A stretch of 64,000 nt of DNA from Mantamonas sphyraenae STR306 (taxonomy: Eukaryota; Protista; CRuMs): positions 124,001 to 188,000 of the forward strand of contig JAPMXV010000026.1 of NCBI GenBank assembly GCA_026936335.1, in the 5' to 3' direction. Shown in pieces: positions 25,101 through 40,100 of the stretch. The notes below the pieces were generated by a model, which saw only the letters and a list, made by a program, of their open reading frames with translations, made no database searches and was not told where the DNA came from. A program made the translations under genes and the position numbers. Within the stretch, counting starts at the first letter, position 1. The number at the start of each line of letters is the position of its first letter.

Positions 25101-28100
25101 GATGGCGCCATAGGCAGGCATGGCAACAGGGGTCACCATGGTTGGTGTGCCCTGCAATCGGGCCGAGAACACATCGTCGGCGCGTTCGGTGCGATTCACC
25201 CCATTGGCATCGCGTGCAACGGCCTCCACCGTCCACTGACTGCCAGCAACGGCAGGCGACGGCAATGGAACACCCGCAACACTCTCGTTTGCCTGTGTCA
25301 CGGGCCATGCGATCACCACCGTCAGCGGCGATCCTTCGGCGTCCGTAAACACACCCGTGTTGTGTCCAAAGCGCAGCTGGTAGGTGCCCGGCAGCACATT
25401 GCGCAGCGAGTACAGCGCAAAGGTGCGTGAGGAGCGGGAGCAGTTGTTGGTGACGACCACGTTGGCCTGGGACATGTCACCCACTGTCTTGTTCAACAAG
25501 CCAACCATCTCCTCACCGGCGAGACACGCCTGGATCTCGTTGCCGTAGACATCCAGCGTTTGGTACTCCCACGTGAGCACGGGTGTGGTGCGGCTGCTGA
25601 ACACCACCGTCGTGGCGTTGCCCGTGTTTGGCACACGGGACACCACGCGCGCACGCACATCCTCCAACCCTGCAATGACCTCAAACGTGTGTGGCGATCC
25701 TGCAATGTGTGTGCCGTTCAGCATCACGTTCATCTGATATGTTCCAGCCACAGTCGGTGTCAACTGGGCGATGTATCGTCCCGTTGCCGTGTCTGGGTTG
25801 ACGCTCACCTGTACCGACACACCGACCCCTGTGGCTCGGCCAGACACGCCTGTGGCGTTGACCACAAACACGTCACGATCGTGCCACTGGAAGGTGTTGA
25901 GGGTATCCCGAGCAATCACATCAAACGCCACCTGGGTGCCAGCAGACACACTTGTGACCATGCCGTGCGAGCACTTGGATGCATCTGTGGCCGTCACTGC
26001 CAACAGAGTGTCGCCCACGTTGATGGGGTACCCTGCGTGGCGTACAGTGACGGATTTGTAACCCGTGTTGGGGAATGTAGGCAGCTGACAACGCATGTGT
26101 GTGCTGTTCACACGCACTGCAGGTTGTGTGACACTGCCAAAGTCACACGCCATCGTGGGCATCAACTTGCACAACACACAGCCTCTGTGAGTTTGTGTGA
26201 CCAGTCGCATGAGATTGTCCACGGGTGACACGCCCGCGCTGGTTTTCGACACCGTCGACGGCTCGTTCTGCGCCCAATTGAAGTAATCCACTGCGGAGCC
26301 ATCACGCGCCGTGTCATTGGACAGGAATCCTCGTCGCAGACCCGTCACTTCCGTGTTGAGACCCAGCTGCACCCATGCTTCCGGTGCAGATGGGCTGCAT
26401 CCGGCTGCGCGCAGCCACGAAACAGCCGTTTCGCTCTCCAGTGACGAATGCACCGTACCTTGCAGCGCAGACACGCCTGGAAGTGCCTGACACAAAGTAT
26501 GACCGTTTTGAATCTGAGGTGCATCGACACCCACGTAGCAATGGCGGTACGGGCACAGTGCACCGTTGCCCTGCACCCCGCTGTCTGTCTGCACGCCAGA
26601 CACACGGAACGTCACCGTGTCGCTTCCATCCAACGACACCTCGGTCCTCGACCAACTGTCCACCCTGGCACGTAGGTACGGATGTACATGGGCCAAGCCT
26701 TCGCCCGCACGAACCACAGGCGGGGTTGGGTACGTTGCATCCGAGGGCGCAGGCCCACACGCGCCCGACAGGCCGCCCGTGACATCAAACTGCACACCGG
26801 TGGCATTGTCTGCAAACACCAGAATGGTACCCCCGCCTCCTCCGCCGCCGCCACACGACGAGGGACTGCCGATGCTCTCGCCGTCTGCTCCTCGTGCAAC
26901 CAACTTGCCACCGCCCATCACCCTCTCGGCCACCACCAAGATGGCACCGCCACCGGCACCACCTGTGCCCGAAGGCACGTTGGCAACCGCTGTGGAGCCA
27001 CCGCCTCCGCCTGTGCCAAAGTGTGCTCGCACACGCTGGGCTGCAAACGGTGCGGCCACACCCGCACTGGCCGTGCATGCTGACGAGTAACCATGGACCG
27101 TCGATGCGACCGGTGCCTTGTTGGCTCCGGGGCCGCCCGGCGAAGGCCCGCACAGTCGCGCATCGGCGCCACCTCCGCCTCCTGCGCGTACATCTGCAGT
27201 GGACACCGCATTCTGCGTGGGCACATAGTTGCGCCCTTCACCGCGGAAACCTGCACCCACAACCGAACGCGCAATCCCTCCACGGAACCCGCTTCCTGAG
27301 GCGTCGATGGCGCATGAGGCACACACATCCACCGTGTCTGCAGATACAATCACCACGCCGTACTTGCTGCCGTCGTACGGACGTGCTCGGATTTGCGCAC
27401 CGCCCGTCAACACAAGCGACTTGTAGTGTGTGTACGTGATGGCCACACTGCCGGTGCCGGTGTACGCACCGTGGATGGGTCCCACGGTGTGCACCGTCAC
27501 ACCGGTGATCTTCTCCACCACCACAAAGTCGTAGTGGCCCCACGACGCCTTCTCCTCCACGTTGTTCACGTCCTTGTACGTGTACAACACCAGGCGGTCG
27601 TTGATGGCCAAGCCATCCACCGATGCCAACGAGAACGAACGTGCACCCGCGCTCACCGAAGACGCAAGCGTGTAGAATCGGTTGAAATCCTGTTCCACGG
27701 TCCCGTTGCCCAGCACACGCGTCTGCTGGCTATCGATTGCCGACGACCGCACGTGCAGATCGTACACTGCGCCCACTTGGTTGGCATAAAACTCCACGGG
27801 TGACCCGATGCCAATCTGCTGCTTGTCCATCCACAGACCCACCTGCATCTTGGCCACCCCTGCTCCTGCCGTCGGGCGTGGTGGCACGGGGCATGTGATG
27901 TTGGTGCCACTGGACACGCTTGCGTCCGTAAACCCAAGTGCGTCGCCCCAGAAGCACTTGACGTCCGTCTGCTTCTGCTGACATGCATAGAGGTTGTATC
28001 GTGCGGACGGATACACGGGCACAAGCACCTTTTGTGCACCTGCGTCGTCCGGTCCCACTGCCGAACATCCCTGCACAATCTGCACCTGCTTCAATGTCAC

Positions 28101-31100
28101 CCCGTGTGCATTGGCCACACTCACGTTCAGTGTGTCATTCTTGATCGAGTGGAACAACGCCGTGGTTTGTGTCCACGCCTGCATGACACTCTCGGGGCTT
28201 CCAGATGCACTTGTCATGGACAGCGTGCAGTGGGAGCACGATGCACTCAAAGTCACCGATCCGCCCGTGGGATCGACAATGTGCAACGGGTACGCCTGTC
28301 CAATCAGCTCTTCGTGCGCATTGATGCTCTGTGGCAGCCCGGCCATCGACGTTGAGTTCACAAAGGTTGTCATGAACACCGCGTCTGCAAACCCACCCCC
28401 GTTGACACCCCAGAGCGAGCCAAACGAGTGGCCGCTAAACAACAGCTCACCAGCACAGTTGGACGATGCCGATGCCAGGAAATCTTCCGAAGCCGTGCCG
28501 TACTGACGGTGTGTCACCAGCTCGCCACTTGTAAGATAAACGGCGTAAAACGCGTCATAGCCTCCAGCGTGTGTGAATCCAGGAAGAGAGCCAAACGTGT
28601 ACCCTGTGATCGCCACGAATCCCGACGGCGTGGTGGTGACTCCATATGCCCCTTCATCCTGAGGTGAGCCCATCGTCTTGGCCCAATCCACAGTGCCATC
28701 GTCCATCTTGATTGACATCAGCAGGATGTCGAGGCCGCCTACGTTTGGCAACCCCAAGTTCATCGTGCCACCCGTCCAACCGCCCACAAAGACGCGGTTT
28801 CCCCACGTGGCGCACGCGTACGCACCGTCCACCGTCGCCGTGCCATACAGCTTCTTCCACACCTGCACACCCGCAGCGTTGTACTTGAACAAAAATATAT
28901 CCGAGCCTCCGCCTGGGTTCAGCCCATCCAGGGCGCCAAACGTGTGACCTGTGACGTACACATTGTCCTGGTCGTCCCTGCAGATGGCTCTGCCTTCGTC
29001 GTAAAACGTGCTTCCGAACTGACGTCCCCACACCAGTTCTCCCGTGGAGGCAGACAGCTTGCCCACCACCACGTCGTACGTCCCGCCCAAGAACGTGCCG
29101 TACATATTCCCGCCCACATAGGCGCTAAAGTACAGCATGCTTTCATCCGCCGACAGAACCAAAGAGCCTGGGAATTCGTTTGCTGTGGTGCCGTACGATT
29201 TGGCCCACAGCAACGTCCCATCCGCGTTGAACTTTGCAAACACCATGTCCACGCCCCCGTAGTACGGTAGGCCATGGAAACCTCCACCGACATAGCCAGC
29301 CACGTAAATGTTCAGCTGCGAGTCGGTGATGACATCGTGTGGCACGTCGTTGCTCGTGCCGCCCATCTGGATGCCCCACTGCAAAACACCGTCTCGGTTG
29401 TACTTGCGCAGATGCCAGTCGTGATTACCATAGTTTGTGCCACCGGCAAGGATGCCGTCCGTATGCACACCCACAATGATGTTGCCTGCATTGTCCAGCG
29501 TCGACGTGAACCCGCGTTCCTCTGTCCCGCCGGTGCCAAACTGGACGTTCAACGACGCCCCGTGGGCATCGCACCCACCATTCACATTGGCATGTTGTGA
29601 CACAGTCGTTTTGACGTCGGCCACGGACACTGTAAAAGTGCTGTTGGCTGTGGTTGTGTTGAACGCCACCGTGACCCCCTTCCACGCTTGTTCCAGCTGC
29701 GCAGCCGTGCCATTCAGCCATGCAGGCGTCGCCACGCAAGCCGAGCAGGTGATTGTCAGCGTCAGCGAGTCACTGTCCACGTCTGTGATGCTCAGCGGGT
29801 ACAGTTCGCCCACGCGTGTTGTCGTCACTTGCATGCCAGACGGCAGGCCTGTCACCTGGGGTGGAATGTCGATGCCTGCCACGTATGCAAGCATCTCTCG
29901 GTTCCCCTGATATGTGGAGAAGATCGACCCCATCGTCCAGCCAGCAAACAAGAGCTGACGGTCGCATCCTGCCGCCAGGTCACGCATCTGGTCTTCGCCA
30001 CCTGTACCGAACTGGTTCAGCTCCAGCATGTTGCCCTGGGTGTCAAAGATGGCGTAAAACAAGTCCCAACTACCCGCGGAGGTGTGACCCGGGAGCGAAC
30101 CCTGTACGTAGCCACCGAGTGCCACCAGGCCGTTCGACAGCACCACTGCTCCGTGCGTGTAGTCGGTACCGGCATGGCCCACGTTGCGTGCCCACTTCAA
30201 TGCGCCCGTGTTGGCGTCCATGGCAACCACAGTTGCGTCTGCAGTGCCGCCCTGTGGTTGGCCAGCGAATGCTCCTCCCTGCACATTTGTACCCGCGTAC
30301 ACGACGCCCGACCGCACTCCACACGTCCATGACTTTTCGATGCCCGATGCCGTTCCAAAGGTGCGTGTCCACAACCGCGTGCCGCTCGGTGAATACTTGA
30401 TGACAATTGCGTCCCCGTTGTCAAGGTACGGCTGCCCGTCAAATGCACCACCCGTTCCACCTGTGATGTACGTGTTGTCGTCCTCATCGATGCACATCTT
30501 GGTGGGGTCCACGTTTGCCTCTGCACCTGTGCCTTGCAACCACACAGTTGTGCCATCCGACACCTTAAGCTTGGCCACAAACACCATTTGACCCACCGTG
30601 TTCGTCACACCTGCGTAGTTGCCCGAACTACGCCCGGACACGTACACATGTGCGTTGTCTTTGCTAACCACCGCATCGGTGACTTGATCACCTGTCGTTT
30701 CGCCAAACCGTTTCACCCACAGCAAATCGCCATGAGGCGACAGTTTGATGGCAATGCCATAGTTGTTGCCGACGATGGGCACCCCAAGGAAATTGTTGGT
30801 TGCAGATTGACCCACTGCGTACACGTTGCCCAAATCATCCGTGGTCACCCCTGCCGCATTCTCGTATCCCGATCCATAGGGTGTGAATCCCCACAGAAGC
30901 TCACCCGTCGGGCTGTGTTTGCGCACAAACATATCATGGTCCCCAGGGATTCCTTCGCCTGGGAATTGACCGTTCGTTGTGCCCGACACAATGGTGTTGC
31001 CAGCACGGTCCATGACGCCTGCTCGGGAGGATGCGATTGCCGAGTTTTGATCCTGCGCACCCTTGGGTCCCTGTGTGGCCACACTGGGGAGGCATCGGGA

Positions 31101-34100
31101 CACAAATGCCGTTTCGGTCACCGCAAAGTTTCCATCCGTCACCGTCACGGTCAATGTGTCGTTGGGCACTCCCTGGCCATACGACACCGTCACATCTTTC
31201 CATGCTTGATTCACGTGTGCCGCCGATCCCGAGAGGAGGTTGGTCGACAGCGTGCACGCCGTGCAGCTGATGCTCACGTTCACCAGATCATAGTTGTTGT
31301 CAACCACCGTGATCGGGTGTGTGGCACCCAGAGCTGTGGTGGTCATGTCCACGCTCAGAGGCAGTCCAACTTGCGTGGGATTGCTGGTGATGTGTTTGGT
31401 CAGCACCACCGCATCCGTTGCGCCTCCGGCAAACCCAGTGAACCACGTTCCGGTCGTGGTTCCCGCCATCACCAGTGCATTGTCACATCCCAACGCAAAG
31501 TCGGACAGCACGTCACCGTTGGCGCTGCCGTGTTGTTTCACGCCCAACAGGGTGCCTTCCAGTGTGTACCACGCGTAGAAAAAGTCTTCGCCGCCTCCAA
31601 AGTTGCTGTTGCCCGGCATGGCGCCGCGGGAAATCCCGCCGATCACCAGGAAGGGTCCACCGGGCGCATTTGCCATGTGCAGGTTGTATGCCCTGTCTTG
31701 GCTGCTGCTTCCAACCATTTTGGTCCATTGGATGGCCGAGTCACTTGTCACAAACATGACAAAGGCGTCGTCGCCTCCGTACGCAGTTGCTCCGTTGAAC
31801 CCTCCGTTGGCCCAACCTGCCACGTACACACCATTGCTTGTGGCTGCACAGCCCCATGCCTCGTCGCGATTGTTTCCGCCGCCAAGGTGCTTCAGCCACA
31901 ACTGGAACCCCGTCGGGGTAAAGTACGCGGCAATTGGGTTGTACGACGCGGTGTTGGAGCCCGAGTACACTCCGTGACCAAAGCCCACAACGTACACAAA
32001 GTCATTGGGAGCCACACAGAGGTCGCGTGGAAAGTCGCCATCGAATGTTCCTGAACCGCTGCTCCCCCATTGTTTGCCCCACATCTGGGTACCGTCGCGA
32101 GTGCTCCACTTGGCAAGCAGGGCATCCGGCCCACCCACCTGTGCACCAAAGATCACGCCGTTGCCTTCGCCCGTGGTGTACACAAACTGTTCGTCCTGAG
32201 ACAGGCCAAGGCCCCAACCCCATTCGTTGCCGGTGGTGCCGTACTGTGTGCCCCACACCAGATTGCCATCCTTGTCCAGCTTGGCCAGAATGGCATCGTT
32301 GCCACCGTAGTGTGTGCCAAACACCGGCCCCGACACATAACCGTCGAAATAGACACTGCCAGCCGAGTCGACCACCATGCGGTGAACTTCGTCGTTGCCC
32401 GTGCTGTTGAATTGGCGAATCCACAATTGCGTGCCCGTGGGCGAATACTTCACCACAAAGATGTCCAGATTCGGCGGGTTGTTGTTCACCACGCCACCAA
32501 AGCTGCCTGTGCTTGTGATGCCCACAATCACATTGCCATCGCGATCCACCACAACCGCCTTTGCAGATTCGGCTGCTGCCGAGCCAACCTGCATTCCGGA
32601 ATCTGGGCGCGGCAGGCATCCTCGCAGCGGGTAGGTGGCACTGTTTGTCAGCACGCCTTTGTCCACCGAGACGTTGATCACAAGGTTGCCCATGCCAAAC
32701 GACTGTCCGTACTGAGCGGTGACATTGCGCCATTGCGCTTCCACTTGCGTCGTTGTGCCCGTCAGTGTGGATTGCGACAACGTGCAATGCGAACACGACA
32801 GGGTCACATCCACCACAGCCGTCGGTTTCGTGTACAACGCAAGCGGATACGTCAGGCCCAGCTCGTGCACCGGATCCAACCCCAGCGACGACAGCCGAGG
32901 CCGAGGCACGACGCTCACCGAACGCACCCAATTGTCCTCGCTGCCAAGACTGTTGCCAACCAGGTTGCCTGCCGTGTAACCACCCAAAAGCCCAGTGTGG
33001 TGGCAATTCACATCCACATCGTACAGCTCATCCGTCCCCGTGGACCCAATCACCTCCAAGGACAGGATGGTTCCCTCCAGATCCATGAGGCCGTAAAAGA
33101 TGTTCTTTGCTGTGGGTGGCATGTTCAAGTGCGACGGCAACCCGCCGACCACGGAGCCAGCAAACAGCAGCAGACCGCCCGGCGTCACCTTGATGCCCCA
33201 CCCCAGAAGTTCGGTTGTGCTCACAATGTTGGTCATCCACACGATGCCTGCGTCGGACGTGCGCAGGGCAACCACAGAGGCGTCAGTGACGCCGCGGAAT
33301 GGATTGCTGCCGTAGAATCCGCCAATGGCACCGATGTCGTACAAGAGCCCACCTGCCACAGCGCAGCCGTGGGAATAGTCCGGTGCCGAGGTGCCAAACA
33401 TCTTGGTCCAAATGAAATTGCCGTTGAGGTCGTACTTGATAATCGTACGGTCGAAGCTGCCCACGTACGGCTGTCCATCCATCGACGCATGGCTCTCGCC
33501 ACTCAAGTACACGTTCCCATCGTCATCCACACACATGCCACGCATCAAATCGTCTGCGGGACTGCCTCTTTGCCTGGCCCACACGGTCTCACCTGTGCTC
33601 GCCTTGAGCTTAAAGAGGAAAAAGTCGTACCCGCCCGAATTCGTGCCTGCAAGTGCTCCGGTTGTCCAACCGGACACGTACACATGCTGACCATCGGGTG
33701 ACATGGCACCCCCGTGCGGATAGTCGTTACCGGCGCTGTTGTAGCCCTTCTGCCACACCATCTGGCCCTCCGCGTTGACCTTGACCACAAACAAAGCGGC
33801 CTGCGTCGGGGTCAGACCCGGGATAAAGTCTGTGCTCGTCGTATACCCAATCAGGTACGAGTTGCCCTCCAAATCCACGGTACACTCGTGTGGGATGTCA
33901 CCCTCCGAGCCACCCGTTTGGAACGACCACACCACGTTGCCGCTCTTGTCCAGCTTTTGCACAAACGCATCCCAGTTGCCCTTTGCCGTTTGTCCTGGCA
34001 GCTGGCTGGTCGTGTGGCCCAACATGTAAATGTTGCCTCGCTTGTCAAACATCTGCGTGTAACCACGATCCTGCAGGTTGCCCCCGAATTGTTTGTCAAA

Positions 34101-37100
34101 CAGAGGACCCGCAAGTGCACAGCCACCCATCACGGTTGTGTTGGCCAGTGCCACGTCGTATCCATCCGATAGCGACAAGACAAGTGCCTCGTCGCCCGAA
34201 TACGTGTCATTCCAGTTGAACTGCACCGCCTTCCATGCCTCTTGCAACTGCTGTGCTGTACCACTCAGCGTGCGCACAGACGCATGGCATGCTTGGCATC
34301 CAATCTGCAGTGTCAACACATCGCCGTCGGCGTCGGCAAACGTCAGCGGCACTTGGGCGCCTGTGGTGGCTGTCCCGATGTGGATGGTCTGCGGCAACCC
34401 CGACATCGTCGGCGGCCGGTTGAGCATCACCAGCGAAAACACGGCATCTTCACCCCCCACAGCGGATGGAAACAGTGCACCGTGAGACGAACCGCCAATA
34501 AGAACCTGTCTGGCACATCCTGCGGCCACAGCCGTGGCCATGTCTGCGTGAGCGGTGCCCTTTTGCACCAGCTGCACCTGGGTCCCAGACAGATCGTACA
34601 CGGAATAAAACAGGTCGCTGTTGCCTGCGCCGGTGTGTCCGTCTGGAAGAGCACCCAGTGTGTAGCCGACGCTGACGAGCAGGTTGTTGGACGTCAATGC
34701 CGCATCGACGACGTAATCGTTCTCGTCGCTGAGAATCACACGCGAGGTGTCCGCGGTGCCCGTGGACACAAGAAACCCAGTCCACATGGCATCTTTGCCC
34801 TTGCTCGGGAAAAGGTTGACGATCATTCCTGGGCCCACAGTCATCGCCGCGTACATCCGATCTCCCTGCACAGCACAGGACACTGCGATGTCGTCTCCGG
34901 CCGATCCGTACGTGCTCGTCCACACCCACTCTCCATTGGCACTGAATTTGGTTGCCAGGGTGTCAAACCCGCCATACAGTGCGGTGCCAAATGTCGAGTT
35001 TGTGCGTCCAACCACAAACACTTCGCCCTCCTCGGATGTGCACACCTTGCGTCCTTCGTCTGTCTCTGGCCCTCCAAACTGCCGCGCCCACACTGTGGAT
35101 CCATTGCCTGCGTGCAGTTTGGCGACAAAGGCATCGCCCTTGCCAAGTTGACGACTGTGCAGTGCACTCGACGTGGATCCGCTCACGTACACGTGTGTGC
35201 CGTCGCTGCCCAGGTCCACACCATACACCATGTCTTGCCCTGGCGTGGCAAACCATCTCGACCAGCGTAGATCGCCATTGGCACTCAGCTTCATCACAAA
35301 CCCGTCCATCTCACCTGCGTTTTCGTGTCCCCGCAAACTCGCGCTGTTGCTGTATCCACCCACGTACACATCGCCATACACATCCACATCCATGGAGGTT
35401 ACGATGTCATCGCCTGCGCCGCCCAGTTGGATGGCCCACATCTGCACCTGCGCTGGCGAAAACTTGATCACCACGGCGTCCGCTCCACCGGCATGTGCGG
35501 GCAGCCCCGGAAACGTCGTGTTGGTTGACAGCGCTGCAATGGCATTGCTACGACGATCCAAAGCCACCGCGCTCACCACCTCCTTGCCAAATGTGCCCAG
35601 TTGCCACTCGCGCTGCGGACCGCTGGCCGTGCATCCGCCCAGCAGTGAGGCGGTCATCTGTGCGTAGAGAGCTCCTTCGTCGGTGACCCTCACACTCAGC
35701 GTGGCATTGCCTGTGTTTGGGTCTGCAATGACGGCCACGGCGGCCCAGGCGGCCATCAACTCGGATGCGGTTCCGTTGATGGGCGATGGCACGCTTGCAC
35801 ATGCACTGCACGTCACTGTCAGTTGCAACGAGGTGCTATCCACGTCACTGATCGTCAACGGGTACGCTGTGCCAAAACCTGCCCCAGACACCACTGTGGA
35901 GGGCAGTCCCGCAAGCGTGGGTGCAAGGTTGATCGAACGTCGTGCAAACCACCCGTCGAGCGACCCACTCAGCGGTGCAAACAAGCTGGAGCCGGTGCGA
36001 CCTGACACAAGTACTGTTTTGCCACACCCTGCCCGCACGTCGCGTACGATTTCCTGGGCCGCCGCACCCATCACTTCGCCCTTCAGGTATGTGCCGTGCT
36101 CGTCAAAGAACACCACCACTCCGTCGTTGGCACCTGACCACGGCAGTCCAAACACGCTACCTCCGGCGTCGAGACCCATTGCAATGATGCCCGTGTGCAT
36201 CACATCCATGGCGAGCGAGTAGTCGTGTGTCGTGCTGCCGACCAATCGCACCCAGGCCACGCTGCCGTCGGTGGCGTTGAAGGCAACCAGAGCAGCATCG
36301 GTGAGTCCGTGGGATGTCTGTCCGTACGCACTGCCTGCAAACCATCCCGCTGCATACACGCGTCCGGAACGTGCGCTCACACGGAAGAAATTGTCGAATC
36401 CCGTCGTGCCCATCTGCTGACCCCACAGCAGCGCACCCGAGCTTCCATTCAGCTTGAGCACATATCCGTCTCGGTCTCCAATGTGTGCGTTGGGAAGCAA
36501 GTCGCCCGCCGAGTATCCCGAAATATACACGTCGTTGTTCTCGTCCACGGCCAACCCTGTGCATTCATCCGCAACGTTGGTGCCGCTCACGTGCGTCCAC
36601 ACCACCGTGCCATCGTCTGTGCTCAGCTTCATCGCAAACACATCCAAGTCGGCAGCTGCAGTCTGGCCGTTCAGGGTTCCCGAGAACCTGCCGGCCACAA
36701 AGACATGCTTGCCATCGTGTGACACTTCGCACCCATGTGTGTTTTCGTTGCCCAATGACGCCGAAAAGGTGCGCAGCCACACCATGTCTCCCGTCGGCGT
36801 GAGCTTCATCACGGCAACGTCGCCGCCCCCAGCCGCCGCTCCGATCGGAAACCCGGAGATGTACACAAAGCAGACGTAGAGGTTGCCCAACGCGTCCACT
36901 GCAATAAATGTGCTGTGTGCAGCGATTGTCGCAGCAAATTGTTTGGTCCACAAAATTGTGCCTGTGCCTGCATACTTGCGCACAAACAACGTGTCGCCAC
37001 CTGCGTGAGTCTGGCCCGGCAGCGCCCCGTCGGTATTCCCCACCGCGTACATGTTGCCCGCATTGTCCATGCGATTGCCATACACAAATGTGACGGTCGT

Positions 37101-40100
37101 TCCACCGACGCCAAACTGCGTCTGAAAGTCGGTTGTGTACAGCGGGGTGCATCCCGCAGCCACGCCAGCCTGTGCCGTCACGTTGGCGATCCCATCCGTC
37201 ACAAACACAGACAACACATCGTCACCCACCCAGGGGTCAAACGACACACTCATGCCCTGCCATGCGGCCATGAGATCTGCCGACGAGCCAGTCACGGTCA
37301 TTGCCGTGCTGCCTGTGCCCGTGTTGCATGCCTTGCACGACACGCTCATGCTCAGTGTGTTGTTATCCACATCACCCACAGTCAGCGGATACGCCTTGCC
37401 CAAGGCCACGGGGTTGCCATCCACGACCAGCGGCACCCCAGTCATGGTGGGTGCCGTGTTGATCACCTGCTTGCTGCCAAACGCATCCACACCACCTGCC
37501 GAGGTGCCTCCAAACAACGTGCCGTTTGTGATGCCTGCAAACACAAGCAGTTGCTGTGCACACCCTGCACTCATGGCCGTGATTTCGTCGTCACTGGCGC
37601 TGCCCAATTGCACCGTGTACACCACCTTGCCAGCACGGTAGTCCAGCACGTAGTAGAACGCGTCGCGTCCGCCAGCGGAGGCGGACGTTGATCCTGCCAC
37701 CACACCCGTGGTCCAACCGCCGGCCACGATCTGTCCCGATCCAGACAGGCGAGCCAGCGACGTGACAGTGCCCACGCCTGTTGTACTGCCCATGTGTGTC
37801 CACACTGTTTCTCCTGTGCTTGTGTTCAGAGCCACCACGGGCAATGTTGTTTCGCCCCACGCTCCGCTGACGTACAACACGCCTTTGTCATCGCTCACGG
37901 CACAGCTTGTGGCCGTGTCGTTGGTCGCTCCGCCCATCACTTTGCCCCATGCAATCGATGAGCCGTTGCTACTGGCGTCGTATTTGACCACCAACCAATC
38001 GTTCAGGCCGATCTGTGCCTGTCCCGGATATCCTGCGTCTGTGCGTCCCACAACATACGTGTTTCCCTGCATGTCCATACACACCGCGCCTGCCTCTTGG
38101 TTGCCCGGCAGTCCCGGCTGCGTGGCCCATGTGAGATACCCCGTCTTCACGTCAAAGCGAATCATCGCCAGATCCTTGCCTTGCGGCGAATCGTTGTACA
38201 TGCTGCCTGTGGTGTCTCCCACCACAGTCACTGTCGATTCGTCGTGCGACAGCACAATGCCTGCCACAGAGTCTGATGCGTCGCTGCCCATGTGCCGGTA
38301 CCACAGCTGTGCGCCGTTGGCATCCAACTTGACAAGCACCCAATCCTCTGCACCAAGCGGATTCACACCGCCCGCCTCAAACTGGGCGTCTGTTTGCACA
38401 GCCACGTACACGTTGCCGCGTGTGTCGGTCACCACTCCCTTGGTGATGTCATTGCCTGCCCTGCCCAGCATCGTGGTCCACACGGGCAGTCCGTTGCTGG
38501 CCAGTTTGCGCACGTACACGTCATGCAGTCCCTTGTTGGTCGATGGTGCAAACGCACCCAATGTGCTGCCTGCCACCACCACCTGTCCGTGTGCATCCAC
38601 GTGCACACCGCCGACTGTGTCTGCTGCCGTCGTGCCCATCATTCCTTGCCACGGCGTCGCTGCATCGGGTGCACACCCACGCACAACGGCGGTGGCGTTG
38701 GTTGTCATTCCCGTGGGGTCCGTAACACGCATCGTCACGGTGGACTGCGTGGCAAACGCGGCGTTGTTTGAAAACGTGGCTGTGACTCCACCCCATGCTG
38801 CTGTCAGCTCTGCCGCCGTACCCACGACCGGTGCCGTCACCGAAAGAGTGCAATGGTTGCACGTCAGCGTCATCGTCAGCGTGCTGCTGTCGGCGTCTGT
38901 GATTTCCACGGGATGCGACGCACCCAGTGTTGCCACACGATCCATGGTGAGCGGGAACCCAAGCAACAGGGGACGTGCCATCACATTGTGGGTGATCAGC
39001 ACGGCGTCGTAGCCCCCTTGTACATCCGAGTACAAACTGTTTCGCGTTTCTCCGCCAATCACCACCTGGTTGCTGCATCCGGCTCGGACTGCGTTGAACA
39101 CGTCCTGCAGGCCCTCTTTGCCCACTTCAAACGCCTCGATGAGGTTTCCTCGCAGATCCCAGGTCATGTACAGTGCCCACCCTTTGTTGTCAAACTGATT
39201 GCCCACAAAGGATCCAGCCGTGTTGCCGACACCCACCAGCACGCCAGACGGGGTCAAGTCCAGCGCCAGGATGTTGTCTTCCCGTGGTGTGCCATACTGT
39301 TTGGTCCACAGCGAGGTGCCATCCATGGCACGCAGTGCCACCAGGGCAATGGTAAGATCCACCTCGCCTGGCACCCCATCAAAGCCATTGTTTGCTTGAG
39401 CCACCGCATACACGACATCCGTATCGTCATGGACCACACAGTCGCGCAAGGATTCACTGGACAGAGAGGTGAACAGCCGCGTCCACACCTCATCGCCAGA
39501 CGCATTGAGTTTGATCATCAAACCCGCTCTGTTGCCACCTTGCACCTGCACACCTCCCCACGTTCCTGCCGATGAGAAGCCCACAACGTACACGTTGCCC
39601 TGTTTGTCTGTGCAAAGGCCCTGGGGCGCCGTGTTGCCACCCGATGCGCCAAACTGCCGACCCCACACAATGGTGCCACTCGAGGCGTGTACCTTGGCCA
39701 CCGCAAGGTCGTAGGTGTTTCCCTTTCTCGGGGCAAACACATTCCCCCTTGCCTCCAACGCTCCGTACACATACATCTGTTGGGGATCCTTGGACAGGCC
39801 CATCGCATGCATGAGGTCCGATCCACCAGTGCCAATCAACAGACTCCACAATCGATTTCCGTCCGTATCGTACTTGAACAGCAACGCATCACCCTGGCCT
39901 TGGTGCACATTGCCGTCAATACTCCCCTTGAGGTTGCCCGCCGCATACACGTTGCCCTGTGCATCGGTTTGCATGGAGAACAGTTCGTCGGAGGAAGGGA
40001 AGCCCAATTGCGTTGCCCACTGTTCCACGCCTTCGCGGTTGTACTTGCGCAACACAATGTCGAGGCTGCCGACATGGGTAAACCCAGGAATGGCTCCTGC